Below are positions 1-14,153 of a stretch of DNA of 64,000 bases, piece after piece. The stretch is from Paraspadella gotoi (taxonomy: Eukaryota > Animalia > Chaetognatha), in assembly GCA_051294375.1 (NCBI GenBank), contig CM119265.1, positions 14,670,963 to 14,734,962 of the forward strand, given 5' to 3'. Every line of letters starts with the position of its first letter. Position 1 is the first letter of the stretch. The position numbers and the translations under genes were made by a program. The notes below the pieces were generated by a model. The model did no database searches, was not told the origin of the DNA, and saw only the letters and a program-made list of their open reading frames with translations.

Positions 1-1000
1 CCGACAAAAAAAAAAAAAAAATGAACGGAAAAAAATCAGGAATAAAAAAAATATTCGCCAACATAAAACTCCTAGGACCACCGCCGACCCAAGAGAGAGA
101 AATGTTTTCCCTTTTTAACCGGTCTTAACCGTAGTTTTTGACAGATTTTATTGCTTCAGTTTTTCTGGGTGCGTGCCTCTCGGTCCGAATCTAGCCGACC
201 CATTCGATTCCCGCACTCTCTCTCTCTTTCTCTCTTAGCTTTCTATTTAGAGGTTTTGACTCAGCTTTTCTCATTGTTACTTTTGGATGATTTTATTGCT
301 CGCTCTATCCCAATTTTGTTTCGCGCCACGTTTTCGAATTTATCCTTCGATTCTTCATACCGAATGATATAACCTCTTTGCAGGTGATCATTGTGTTTCA
401 GTCAACGGTCGCCATTGACGTTCGTCATCTTTGACTCTTTCACTGTCGTTTCACATGACATCACTCTTTTTTGAGTTCGTTTTTAGCTTTTTTTTCTTAC
501 TCCAGTTTACCCGCCACTTTGTCATTTTAACATTAATATTCAAAACAGTCAGTGTGTGTATATAGTCCTTGCTATCTTCCCCCATTAATATTCTTTTTCA
601 GCGTCCCGTTCGTTGCCGTTCGCCGTCCTTGTCTCGTTCGCCGTCTTATTTTCGTTCGCCGTCGTTCGCCGTCTTCGCCACGGACTCATTCGCTATGCGT
701 GAACGGGAAGCGACGAGCCATGAACCCTCGCCTGGTCTCCCGGGTGCAAAGGAGTGAGGGGAGGAAATAGGGAGAGGGAGAGGGAAGGAGGGGAAATTAG
801 TAAAGTAGGTGTGTGTGTGAAGGGAAAGTGAAGTGGGTGAGGTATATATGAAAATGTGGAGGTAGGTTTTGTAACAACGAAATAAACAATCTGCGATGGA
901 GTGCAATATTAATGTTTTAATTCAAAGCCTGGTTTAACTAAATTAAATCTGTTAGGTCATAGGTGAGAAATTGTTTAAATCGAGCGATGAGTGGAAATCG

Positions 1001-1075
1001 AAGAGTGGAAAAGCGAAAGTGAAGAGTGGAAAAGCGAAGGTGAAGAGTGGAAAAGCGAAGGTGAAGAGTGGAAAA
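1001..1075. repeat. 21-bp minisatellite, about 3.5 copies
   Basis: Unit gaagagtggaaaagcgaaggt repeated in tandem. Confidence 0.9.
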
Positions 1076-1600
1076 CGAGTCAGTAAATGGGAGTGAAAAG
1101 GCGGGAGGTGAGAGGAAGGAGGAATTGGTTCGGTCGTAAAGCCTAATAGAGTTAAGTAGTCGCTACGGATCGCTTGGGTTCACTATGGATATGAAAGTGT
1201 TTAAGGTGCAGAGTCGGAGATGGCTGACGAGGGAATAGAATTTCGTAGACTCGAGGAATCGTGGCGTAAAATCATGGGAATTGCGGAAAAATCGCAGAAG
1301 GAACGATTATCAAAGAATGTTCGGAAATTAATATTAACGATTTCATAAAAAGATAATAACTGAATCGATGCGTGACGCATTCGGTGAAACGAATTTTCAA
1401 ATCAACATTCAAATCTTTCTCGTTTTCGTCGTCGTCTTCGTCTTCGTCACGCTCGAGTTCATCGTTCATCCTATCGTCGTCGCTTTGTTTGTCTCGCCTC
1501 TAAACTCTGACGATAAATGCGAAGAAATTCGGACTCGTAGCGACCTCTCGCCGGCCAATTCGAGAAACCGTTCCGGCCCACCGAATAAAATTATGCCAAG

Positions 1601-1601
<1 letters not shown>

Positions 1602-1692
<91 letters not shown>
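1602..1692. repeat. (CT)n microsatellite, representative of dozens of GA/TC tracts in the window
   Basis: Directly visible dinucleotide run. Confidence 0.98.
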
Positions 1693-2110
1693 CTCCCTCC
1701 GACCCGATAGCATGAAAACGGAATTTCGAGGTTCCGAAAATGCACCGTTTTCTCTCGCTGTCGTCGTCCGCACGAACGTCGTTTTCATCGTCGTCGTGCC
1801 GCGCGTTATCGTCGTGTCCATCATCGTCGTCATCGTCGTCGTCGATCGGAACGAATGAAGCGTGAAAAGTTTGTTGCAGAGTTTGAGGACAATTCAGCGA
1901 ACTGCGAGGAGGAGCGAGATAGAGAGCGAGCGAGAGAGAGAGCGAGAGAACCTGTGCGCAGACGGTAGGAGAAGAGAAAAAAAGTTTTGGGCTCGACGGC
2001 CAGAAAGGAAAAATAGGTGAAAAGTGAGGAGAAAAAGGGGAAAACGGCGGATAAGAGGGAAAAGTTGTGAGATGATGATGTCAACTTCTTATCAATGGGG
2101 GAGAGAAACG

Positions 2111-2195
<85 letters not shown>

Positions 2196-2684
2196 GCTGA
2201 CAAAGGTATTCGAATGAAAGGTTTGATTCATGTTTAGTATGAATTTGAATTCGACAATTTAAACAGACTTACCTTGTAAATAGGAATAAAGAATTGTCGG
2301 ATCTGTATTTTTACAAGCATCGTGTAGCATATCAGTTTTTTTTTAAAATAGTTTTTATCATTAAAGTCATCGCAACGGTCCTCGTCGTCGTCGTCGTCGC
2401 GGTCATCGTCGTCGTCGTGGTCATCGTCGTCAACATCGTCATCGTCTAAGAAAATGTCCGCGTTGGTCTTCATCCTCCTTCACCCTATTTGTCTCAACTC
2501 GACGCGAAATGATTCGACGGGAAAATGATTCGGGAGAAACGATTCGACCCAAATGATTCGGGCGACTTTCCTTCGCCTCTTTCCTTCGCCTCTTAATCCT
2601 TCGCACCATGAACACCATGAAGACGAGAATCCCATAAAGTCGTCACGGACGATGCTTCCTTTCCTTTTTTTCCTTTTCCTTTTC

Positions 2685-2782
<98 letters not shown>
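2685..2782. repeat. (CTTT)n microsatellite
   Basis: Directly visible tetranucleotide run. Confidence 0.97.
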
Positions 2783-2783
<1 letters not shown>

Positions 2784-3341
2784 TTTTCTTTTCTATCTTT
2801 CTTTTCTTTCTTTTCTTTTTTTTCTTTCTTTCCTTCCTTCTTATCGTTCCTCTATTTTACTCACTTCCCCATTATCTTTATTTTTCTCTCATATTTTTCT
2901 CTCCCATTTTCTTTTTCCTTTTTTCTTTTTCCTCCCTTCCCATCCCTTTCTTTTTCGAGGCCGAGTCTCGAAGGTCATTTCCGTTGAGCGTCACGTCGCT
3001 GACGTCGCACTCTTGTCTCCTTCGTTCCTTGACGACCAATCAAGCGCACGGATCTTCCTTGAGGGGTCATGCCAAGCATTCTAAACCAATCACGGTCCAA
3101 GCTGACGACAACTATGACGTCTCAANNNNNNNNNNNNNNNNNNNNNNNNNNNNNNNNNNNNNNNNNNNNNNNNNNNNNNNNNNNNNNNNNNNNNNNNNNN
3201 NNNNNNNNNNNNNNNNNNNNNNNNNNNNNNNNNNNNNNNNNNNNNNNNNNNNNNNNNNNNNNNNNNNNNNNNNNNNNNNNNNNNNNNNNNNNNNNNNNNN
3301 NNNNNNNNNNNNNNNNNNNNNNCTCTCTCTCTCTCTCTGCA

Positions 3342-4314
3342 CTACGCGCGCATTTGCACCTTTGCACGCAACTCGGGCTCGGATTTTTTCTCGTCGCGAG
3401 CACGGTCGTCCTTGGCGTCGTCGTGGGTTTGTTTGCACAGTGTTTGCACGGAGTGTTTGCATAGCGGCCGGAATGGCTCTTCTCCGCAAACGAAGGCCTG
3501 AATGCGAAAGAGTTTCGGCTTTTGTGTTTCCCCCAATTTACACGTGTTTTTAAACGAGGAAAGAAAGAAAAGGGGATGAGCTGATAGGAGGAATGAAAAG
3601 AGCAGAAGATGATGTGACATGATGAGATAAAAGAGCAGAGGATGATGTGACATGACGAGATAAAGGAGCAGAGGATGATGTCACATGACGATTTAAAAAA
3701 AGCAGGGTTTTTAGATTAAAAAGGACTAAACATAAAACGATGTGAGTAGTAAGAATAGATAAAATGACATATTAGATAAAATATAGGAGAGTCACGGCTC
3801 ACGGCTCTGTGAAATGAAATGATCTCAAAGGTCCGTCTCTCCAAGACATCCTCCCGGAGGAGCTCCTCTTCCAAATGCTTCAATTGCCTACAAGCACCTC
3901 TTCTGAGAATCACCGAGAGACTCGGCGTTGCGGTGACACGACTCCGCTTCCAGCTAAAAGAAGTGACCCTTTTGGAGGAGCCTCTCCAGTTTGAAGAGGC
4001 TGCGCCGTCTCCGGGGCTTTTCGCAGCCGCGAAGCACCCGCTGGGTCTCGCGGCGACCCGCTGGGCCCACGCTCTCTTCAACATCTGTTCTTGCCAGAGT
4101 CTCGACTCGCGGCGAAACCAAAAAAAAAAACGGATTCCAGTGTAGATTTCTAGTCGTCGTTGGTGATGAAAGAAAAACCGAAAAGAACCGTGACAGACTG
4201 TAGAAAAACAAGGTAGCTTTTGTTACGACGAACAAGCGACTACTGTATTAGATCGAGGTACGAAATTAAAACTTAAGTTACTTACGCTTTCCAGGTCAGG
4301 GACAATAATAGAAT
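3342..4314 (-). CDS. Possible 3' part of an unidentified spliced gene
   Basis: Minus-strand segments flanked by plausible splice sites: 4314-4286 (ttttag/gtaagt), 4197-3803 (ttctacag/gtgagc) and 3497-3342 (cattcag, ends in a stop). The last two join in frame (..LKHLEEELLREDVLERRTFEIISFHRA|AFVCGEEPFRPLCKH..). Joining the first needs a 1-nt correction in the A-run at about 4120-4130. No family recognised. Confidence 0.25.
3597..3691. repeat. Minisatellite of about 33 bp, 3 copies
   Basis: Unit similar to aaagagcagaggatgatgtgacatgacgagata. Confidence 0.85.
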
Positions 4315-7300
4315 CTAAAATCGTACGACACGAGGAAATGGAAAATAATGGTTTAACCAATTTTTAAATGGAAATTTATCGGTGAACTACTTGGACTCTA
4401 TTGCCTCAGAAGTGATCTAAAAACTTGGTTGGAGATAATATGCCTTGGAGACGAAAAAAATGAACGAAAGAAAAATAAAAAGAAATAAAGAGACTAAAAG
4501 AAAAGAGAAGAAAAGAAAAGAGAAGAAAAGAAAAGAAAAGAGAGCCGAAAAGAGTTTTGAATTGGCATCGCTCGCGGCGTTTCGGCCTCTCCACTTCAAA
4601 GGTGAAACAAAAATGGAAAAACAAAGAGCGAATCTTTGTCGCGAATCTTCAAACATCAAATCGATTTTCGAGAGGAATTTTTTTTTTCCCATTTTAAGGC
4701 TATTTTTAGAACAAAAGAAAACACTTGATGACGCGAAATTAGAGTTACAAACGACATTCAATCTGTTTAGAAATGTTTAGGTCATAGGATCTTCGAAAAG
4801 AGTCAATTCCCTATCTCTTTTCACGAAAAGACCTTGAGGACCGTCAAAGTTAATCCAAAGCTCTTTTGTTTTGCCTATGATTTGATGAATTCTTTCTTTT
4901 CTTTCGAGGTAATTCCGAGCGACGTACTCTACATCTTTTTTCATTCATCAAATCAACTTTATGATCTTTTACATTCAACTTCTTCAAAACGATCGGGTTA
5001 CCTTCTTTAATTTTAAGTTTACCGACTTCGTTTGTGGTCCTAAAAATTTATCCCCGATGGGTTCGTTTAAATTTTATCGACAGACTTTTCCCCTTAAATC
5101 AATCCAAGACTTTGTTTTCTCGACAAGCGAGAAGAGACTCGGCTACCGGTTACAACGTCTCCCATCTTCCAAAACGACTTTTCCGCGTTTTTCCTCATTT
5201 TTTTTAATTTACACCGAATTCCACACTTTTTCTTTGTCCCTGAAATCGAAAATGGCGACGGCGATCCTTGCCTGTGCTGGGTCGACACGGTCGCCGGCGA
5301 TAGGCCAAAATTAAATTTTAAAGCTCGATAAAAAAATAACTTGACTTTGGANNNNNNNNNNNNNNNNNNNNNNNNNAAAGAGAGAGTTTACTCATAACAT
5401 TGATGCAAGGTACTTCTTGAAATTTTCGCAGGACGACGCGAAAGAACTTTTATCATAAATATTTTAATTTTGTATTTAAAAGTTATACATACTACACTAA
5501 ATAATAACGGCCTGATAAAGCTAGTCTGTGATGATAATTATAGATGATATTATATATAGATATATAGTGGTAAATATAAACTTAAGAGTAGGACAAGAAA
5601 TTCTGTCAACTCGAGATAGATATATAGAGTGGTAAGTCGTTGGCGAGACCAGAAAATAGAGATATGACGCATTGTATTGAATAGAGATAAGCGATGGTTA
5701 GTAAGGTAAGGTAAGGGAGGGTAGAGAGAGAGACCGAACGAGGTAACAAAAGACGTTTTGACGCCCCTGGCCTTCGACCGCCTTGAATGTGCCCCCTGCT
5801 TCCCATATACAGTTGTTACGTAAGTGATAGACCCGTTTTTGATGTTTGATATATGATAAATACTATAAATGATAATTAATAAGTTTTATAAAGTTATTAA
5901 CTCAGAGATTTATTTGAAACCGGATATATAGTATTTGAAGTAACCCTCAACAGAGAGAACTTATGAAATTGGTTACAGACCAATACAAAAATTATTCCAT
6001 TCATATTATAATAAAGCTATCTTGTCCCTGACTTTTGACAGCTTTGAGTGAGGATTTGGTATCACTCTTACAAGAATATGAGTTATGCAAAGCTTTTCAT
6101 GATATATATATAGTTTATTTACTCCCAGAGAACCTAGATATCCTTATAGAGTGGATATAATATTTCAAGAATGTTTCAATTGTATGTCGAATGAATGATT
6201 ATTTTTACGGGAGTAATGATTCAGAAAAGATATAATTTTGAAATTCTTAAAAAGATGAACGGATTGTTCTTAAAAAATGAGGCGAAAACAGGGCCGAGAT
6301 GTAGTTGAAAGAGCGATGAAGTCAGGGTCCAACGATCCGCTCCATTATCCGTCGATCCCTCGATCCGTCATCAATCCGTTTGGTCGACACAATCATTTTT
6401 TTTGTCCCTTGTCTCCGCGGGAGAGCAGAGAGAGAGAGAGAGAGAGTAGAGGAGGAGAGAGAGAGAGAGAGAGAGAAGAAAGAGAGAGAGAAGAGAGAGA
6501 GAGAGAGATGAGTGAGAGATGTCCACCTACCGCTTTCGACGAGACACCGGGAGGACACGCTCTCCAGGGGCGGGTAGAGGTTCTCGAAAGACGCACCCTC
6601 AAACAAAAAACATTTGCCTGAGAAGACGCTGTAAAATTCCGGTCGTTTTTAACGAGACTCTTCCTTTTTTCGTTCTAACCAGAATAAACGGAATCGGCTC
6701 TTCGGAACTAATCGCCTCCCGAAATCGGGATTTTATTCTCTTTACTTTAAGGAGTTCCTCTTTTTTTCATTTCTCGTTTGCGGCCGTTTTGCGGTCCGCC
6801 CTCGAGACGAAATTTAACGACGGTTTTTAATTCGGGGCAGCGAATTTGCGATAAAAGTGCCGATCGAACCGTTTTTATTTACCGGTGGGTCCCTATCCAA
6901 CGTCTTTATAACCGTTTTTTTATTTCACTCGTGGATCCTTAACTCCGCCCTTATCGCCGAGGTTTAACTGTCTGCGCGAAAAGTCATGAAATTGACCTGC
7001 GCGGAAAGTCGTAACTTATTAAAAGAATAAACTTATTATGTATTTTGTTTCGATCTTGGAAAAGTTGATCGGGGAGAAAGAGGGAAGAAACCCTAGGAAG
7101 CCTTCATTCATCGCTCGCGCTCACTACTCGCTCTCTCGATTGAAATGGCTGTGAAGTCCTTGTCGACAAAATGGTACTTTCATCAAAGAAAAATTACGAC
7201 CGAACGTTCATCCCCCCGTTTAAACCTCATAATCGAGGGAACGCGATTTAGGGGGGGACGACGCGATACGACGACGACGACGACGACAACGCGACGACGA

Positions 7301-7625
7301 AAGGAAGTGTCCTCGAACATAGTTTTTCGTTTTTTGAAAGAGAAACATGCAACGGTTTCGAGATCAATTTGTCAACTTAAAACGTTAGATATAAAAATCG
7401 GTTTAACGTGAAAGGAATGAAGACGATGAAGACGATGAAGATGACATCGACGATAACGAAGCACGACAAAGAAAGGTTGACGATTTGATGGAAAGATAAG
7501 GTCGCCGATTAGGAGCAGTCTAAGCGCTTGAAGGAGGATATGCCTTCCCTGGGATCCGAAGGGTTCTTTAGTGCAGTATTCTTTAAATTTCTTCTCTCGG
7601 AGCTTTTATATTCTCTTTTCTCCCG

Positions 7626-7674
<49 letters not shown>

Positions 7675-10163
7675 ATCTCTCTACCTCTCTCTCTCTCTCT
7701 CTCTCCTCTTCTCGCTTCGCTCCTCTCTCTCTCTCTCGCATGCCTGCTCTCTCCACTCTCCTCTCTTCTCCACATGCTCTCTCCCTCCTCTAACTTTTTC
7801 GCAGTCCTACGAGGAAATTCCGAGGTAGGGTCCAAAAAGATCGGAAAGGACTTATGATTCTCGTCCGATTCTTTCTTCGCGCGATTTGAAACCAAAAGTA
7901 GTATGGTAAATTATAAAACAGCAGGCAAAAGAATTATCCATTGGAATGTATATTCTAATCTTCTCCATTTTTTTCGCCTTTCTTATATTGCCTAACGAGC
8001 ATGTGAGATGTTTCTCTTCGCCGCAGTCTTGAAAATTGTGTGTTAAGGATGCTGCATGTGATAGCGATCGGGTGGAAAAAAATCTACAACATCTGCGATT
8101 TAAAATCTCAAGAGTAATAATATAATAATATATGAAATAATAATATAATAATAATAATAATATATAATAATATAATAATATGATAGATAATAATAATAAT
8201 AAATAATAATAATAAACATTAAAATCCTAAGAAAAAATTAGGAAAAAGTTAAATTTTAAAAAAAAACTGAAAATCAGGCAACTGGATCCTCAGTGGAGAG
8301 GAAACCAATTCTTCGGTGGCGTCGGCAAAGCGGCCCGCGAGGTTGGCGGCAGCGGCAGCGGCAGCGGCAGCGGCAGCGGCTGCCGCGACTGAAAAAAAAA
8401 ATTAGAAAGAGAGACGCCAATTTGAATGGGAAAGTTGTTTGCAAGGATAGATGATCTATTTTATATATAATGAATTAATCGTTCAGTAATAAAATTTCAC
8501 GATTTGTACATTTCGTTGACTCATAAAATTTCTTTTTCTTTCTTTCCTTCGTCACTTAACTTTAAAAAAAATTTTGATTTCAGACATTTTTTTCATTTTT
8601 CATTTCATTATCAACGAAATCAAAGGGAATCTATTTATCGTTTTTTTTTTTGAGGTTGCATTTAAAAAATTAGATGAGCCTCCCCGTATTTTTATTACGT
8701 TTTGGCTCTTTATTGTATTTGTTTTTTTTTTTCGCGACGATTCTAAAACCGTCAAGCATTTTTGCGAAGGTCGTGGATCCGTTGATGAATCGATCTCGAT
8801 GGAGCTGCGAGCGGAGCAACAGAGAACAATGCCTCGAAACAAGACGAAACGAGGAGAAAACAAGACGCTGTACAAGAAATGTCCTTTGTAAATTTCTTTT
8901 GGAACGAATCTCGCTGAAAAGGGGTAAATCTAGGAAATTGTTTCAATGAAATATCTACATTCGCTCGTCCCTGTGGTCCGGATGTGATCGAGTCTTGTCC
9001 TTTTCAAATTTATTTTCATGGCCGCGTCCTTTGTAATTAAAAAAAAAATAAGTTTCGTGGGATTAATTATCTAAACGTCGATTTTTTTGTTCTAATTTTT
9101 TCGTCATCTTATATTTCTTAGCATCGTCGTCGTCGTCGTCGTCGTCGTTCTTCGATTTCACGGTGATAAAGTAAACCTAGAAATTCGAACTAAAAATAAT
9201 AATTGAGAAAAGGAGAAAAAGAAAAACAATAAAAAAAAAAGAATGAAAGAAAGTGAAAGAAAAAAAGAAATTGATGAGGATGAAAAGTCCAAAACTAAAT
9301 TGGAATGCGCAACAGATTAAAAACTCGTTTTAAACCAGTTTGGAAGGTGGAAACCCGCCGAGACGGACCATATCGTTCCGACTTAAAATCCTCGTTTTCT
9401 CTTGCTCTCCTCAGCCTCTCATCTCTCTCTCTCTCTCTCTCTCTTCTCATTCTCTCTCTCTCTCTCTCATCTCTGTCTTTCTTCTCTCTCTCCTCTCTCT
9501 GCGTCCTCTATTCCCCCTAACTCTCCCCCCGTTTTTCTTTCTCTTATAATTTCTCTCTGTCGTCTTTGATTTCTGTCTCCAACCTTGGGCCTTCGTTTTT
9601 GGGCTTCGGTTTGGTCTTTTTTTTTCTTTTTCGTTCGAATAAGATGTTAATGAGTTTGTTTAATTTCGTTCGAGCGTAAATCTTTTTTTCCCTTTGATCA
9701 TCGAAAAGCAAAAATAACAAAAAAATAGTGAATTATTCTACTCGGCCGAACCGAGAAGAGATTGTGTAAAAATCGAAAGCGAAAAACAAATAAACAAAGA
9801 CGTAATTTCGATCGTCGAGAATTTGATTTCTTCATCTTCCTTTTCGGGTCGGCGTCGGATCGGCGTCGCAGCGACGTCGGCAACTGAGTCGCATCGGTGA
9901 TGGGATTCCGAACCGAAATTGTCGCGTCATTTTCGACGCGCGAAACTTGAAAATTCGCTTCTTTCTTTTTTCCCTTTCTTTTTTTTCTCTCTGAACTTTT
10001 TTAATTTTCAACTTCCTCCCCGTTTTTTCGCTTCATTGAGAAAAAATAATAAAGGTGACTCCTGAATCGGGATTTAATTTAAATTAATTTCGAATGTTTT
10101 TCTCGAGGAAATGAAAAAGTTGAACGAAGGAGAGAGAGAGAGAGAGAGAGGAGAGAGAAAAGA

Positions 10164-10199
<36 letters not shown>

Positions 10200-10203
10200 T
10201 GAG

Positions 10204-10249
<46 letters not shown>

Positions 10250-12132
10250 ATCTCCGTAGCCGATAATTTCGTTTTGTTTTCATTTCCTCGAGAAAAAACA
10301 TTCGAAATTAATTTAAATTAAATCCCGATTCAGGAGTCACCTTTATTATTTTTCTCAAATGAAGCGAAAAAACGGGGAGGAAGTTGAAATTAAAAAGTCA
10401 GAGAGAAAAAAAGAAAGGGAAAAAAGAAAGAAGCGAATTTTCAAGTTTCGCGCGTCGAAAATGACGGCGACAATTTCGGTTCGAATCCCATCACCGATGC
10501 CGACTCAGTTGCCGACGTCGCTGCCGACGCCGATGCCGACGCCGACCCGAAAAAGGAAGATGAAGAAATCAAATCTCGACGATCGAAATTACGTCTTTTG
10601 TTTATTTGTTTTCGCTTTCGATTTTTACACAATCTCTTCTCGAGTTCGGCCGAGTAGAATAATTCCACTATTTTTTTTTTATTTTTGCTTTTCGATGATC
10701 AAAGGGAAAAAAGATTTACGCTCGAACGAATTAAACAAACTCATTAACATCTTATTCGAACGAAAAAGAAAAAAAAAGACCAAACCGAAGCCCAAAAACG
10801 AAGGCCCAAGGTTGGAGACAGAAATCAAAGACGACAGAGAGAAATTATAAGAGAAAGAAAAACGGGGGGAGAGTTAGGGGGAATAGAGGACGCAGAGAGA
10901 GGAGAGAGAGAAGAAAGACAGAGATGAGAGAGAGAGAGAGAGAATGAGAAGAGAGAGAGAGAGAGAGAGAGATGAGAGGCTGAGGAGAGCAAGAGAAAAC
11001 GAGGATTTTAAGTCGGAACGATATGGTCCGTCTCGGCGGGTTTCCACCTTCCAAACTGGTTTAAAACGAGTTTTTAATCGTTGCCATTCCAATTAGTTTT
11101 GACTTTTCTATCCCTTCATCAATTCTTTTTTTTCTTTCATTTCTTTCTTTTTTTTTATTGTTTTCTTTTTTCTCCTTTTTCTCAATTATTATTTTTAGTT
11201 CGACTTTTAGTTTGACTTTATCACCGGAAATCGAAGAACGACGACGACGACGACGACGACGATGAAGAATATAAAGACGAAAAATTAGAACAAAAATCAC
11301 GTTTAGATAATTAATCACGAAACTATTTTTTTTTTATTACAAGGACGGGCATGAAAATAAATTTAAAAGACAAGACTCGATCACATCCGGACACAGGAGA
11401 GCGAATGTAGATATCATTGAAACAATTTCCTAGATTTATTCCCCCTTTTTCAGCGAGATTCGTTCCAAAAGAAATTTACAAAGGAATTTCTTGTACAGCG
11501 TCTTGTTTCTCCTCGTTTCGTCTTGTTTCGAGTCTTGTTTTCTCTTGTTGCTCCGCTCGCAGCTCCATCGAGATCGATTCATCAAACGGATCCACGACCT
11601 TCGAAAAATCTTGACGTTTTAGAATCGTCGCGAAAAAAAAAATACAATTAAAGAGCAAAAAACGTAATAAAATAGCGGGAGGCTCATTAATTTTTAAATG
11701 CAACCTTCAAAAAAAAACGATAAATGATTCCCTTTGATTTCGTTGAAATGAAATGAAAAATGAAAAAAATGTCTGAATCAAATTTTTTTTTAAAGTTAAG
11801 TGACGAAGGAAAGAAAGAAAAAGAAATTTATGAGTCAACGAAATGTAACAAATCGATGAATTTATTACGTGAACGATTAATTCATTAATATATAAAATAG
11901 ATCATCTATCCTTGCAACAACTTTCCATTCAAATTGCGTCTCCTTTCTAATTTTTTTTTTCAGTCGCGGCAGCCGCTGCCGCTGCCGCTGCCGCTGCCGC
12001 TGCCGCCAACCTCGCGGCCGCTGCCGACGCCACCGAAGAATTGGTTTCCTCTCCACTGAGATTCCAGTTTGCTGATTTTCAGTTTTTTTTTTAAATTTAA
12101 CTTTTTCCTAATTTTTCTTAGGGATTTTAATG

Positions 12133-12133
<1 letters not shown>

Positions 12134-12222
<89 letters not shown>
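12134..12222. repeat. (TTA)n microsatellite
   Basis: Directly visible. Its mirror at about 8116-8215 is error-degraded. Confidence 0.97.
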
Positions 12223-12225
<3 letters not shown>

Positions 12226-12527
12226 TCTGAGATTTTAAATCGCAGATGTGTAGATTTTTTCACCCGATCGCTATCACATGCAGCATCCTTAACAACCAAT
12301 TTCAAGACTGCGGCGAGAGAAATCTCCTCACATGCTCGTTAGGATATAGAAGAGGGAAAAAAAGGAAAGAAATTGAAAATACTAAATTCAAAATGGAAAT
12401 TCTTTTTGCCTGGTTTATAATTTACATACTACTTTGGTTTTCAAATCGCGCAGAAAGAATCGAGCGAAATCATAGTCTCGACTTTTTGACTCGGAATTTT
12501 CACTCGGAAAAAAGTAGAGAGGGAGAG

Positions 12528-12561
<34 letters not shown>

Positions 12562-13635
12562 AAAGAATGTAAAAGCTCGAGAGAAAAAATTTAAAGAATA
12601 CTGCACTAAAGGAATCCCTCCGGATCCCAGGGAAGGCATATCCTCCTTCAAGCGCTAGACTGCTCCTAATCGTCGACCTTATCTTTCCATCAAATCGTCA
12701 ACCTCTTTGTCGTCTTCGTTATCGTCGATGTCATCTTCATCGTCTTCATCGTCTTCATCCTTTCCACGTTAAACCGATTTTTATATCTAACGTTTAAGTT
12801 GACAAATTGATCTCGAAACCGTGCATGTTTCTCTTCAAAACGAAAACTATGTTTCGAGACACTTCCTTTGTCGTCGTCGTCGTCGTCGTCTTCGTAGTCG
12901 TCGTCGTCGTCGTCGTCGTAGTCGTCGTCGTCCCCCCCTAAATCGCGGTTCCTCTCGATATTGAGGTTTAAACGGGGATGAACGTTGGTCATAATTTTTC
13001 TTTTGATGAAAGTCCATTTGTGACAAGGACTCGCGTCCATTAATCAAGACGAGTATGACGACGACGATGAATGAAGGCTTCCTAGGGTTTCTTCCCTCTT
13101 TCTCCCCGATCAACTTTTTCCAAGTCGAAAAAAAATAATAATAAGTTTTATTCTTTTAATAAGTTACGACTTTTCCGCGCAGTCAATTCATGACTTTTCG
13201 CTGAGACAGTTAAACCTCGGCGAAAGGGGCGGAGTTAAGGATCCACGAGTGAATAAAAAACGGTTATAAAGACGTTGATAGGGACCCACCGGTAAATAAA
13301 AACGGTGATCGGGACTTTTATCGCAATTCGCTGCCGAATTAAAAACCGTCGTTAAATTTCGTCTCGAGGCGGACCGCAAACGGCCGCAAACGATGAAATG
13401 AAAAAAGAGGAACTCCTTAAAGTAAAAGAGAATTAAAATCCCGATTTCGGGAGGCGATTAGTCCGAAGAGCCGATTCCGTTTATTCTTGGTTAGAACGAA
13501 AAAAGGGAAAGAGTCTCGTAAAACGACCCGGATTTTACAGCGTCTTCTCAAGGAAATGGTTTTTGTTGAGGGTGGTCTTTCGAGACTTACCCGCCCCCTG
13601 GAGAGCGTGTCCTCCCGTCTCGTCGAAAGCGGTGG

Positions 13636-13672
<37 letters not shown>

Positions 13673-14020
13673 GCGGAGACAAGGAAAAAAAATGATTGTG
13701 TCGACCAACGGATTGATGGACGGATCGAGGGATCGACGGATGGACGGATCGTTGGACCCTGACTTCATCGCTCTTTCAACTCATCTCGTTGCCCTGTTTG
13801 CCTTCATTTTTTAAGACAATTTTCGTCTCATCATTTTTTAAGGAATTTCAAGGAATATTATCTCACTTTTCTGTAATCATACTTCCGAACGATATATAAC
13901 ATTCATTCGACATACAATTGAAACATTCTTTGAAATATTATACCACTTCATTGATAGGGAAGCCAGGTTCTCTGGGAGTAAATAAACGAGACTGTGAGAG
14001 AGTCTTGATTGAAAGCTTGC

Positions 14021-14153
14021 AGGGACATGCTATGTCACTATCTTGTAAGAGTGATGGAGGCCTTAAACCACCAAAGCCTGTCCAAAGTCAGGGACAAGAT
14101 AGCTTATTTATTAAATGAATGGATAATTTTTGTATTGGTTGTACCAATTTCAT
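14021..14153 (+). repeat. Dispersed repeat fragment, same family as 38148-38282
   Basis: Direct sequence match to 38148-38282. A noisier mirror copy lies at about 5960-6085 in the other palindrome arm. Confidence 0.8.

Noticed and set aside
1222-1260. Hammerhead core CTGACGA (and similar CTGANGA hits elsewhere)
   Set aside because: No flanking stem II plus GAAA core and closing helices could be formed.
1001-3691. CRISPR-like arrays (21-bp and 33-bp repeats; also the repeats at 60573-61015)
   Set aside because: The units are head-to-tail with no unique spacers, no cas genes are present, and the context is eukaryotic.
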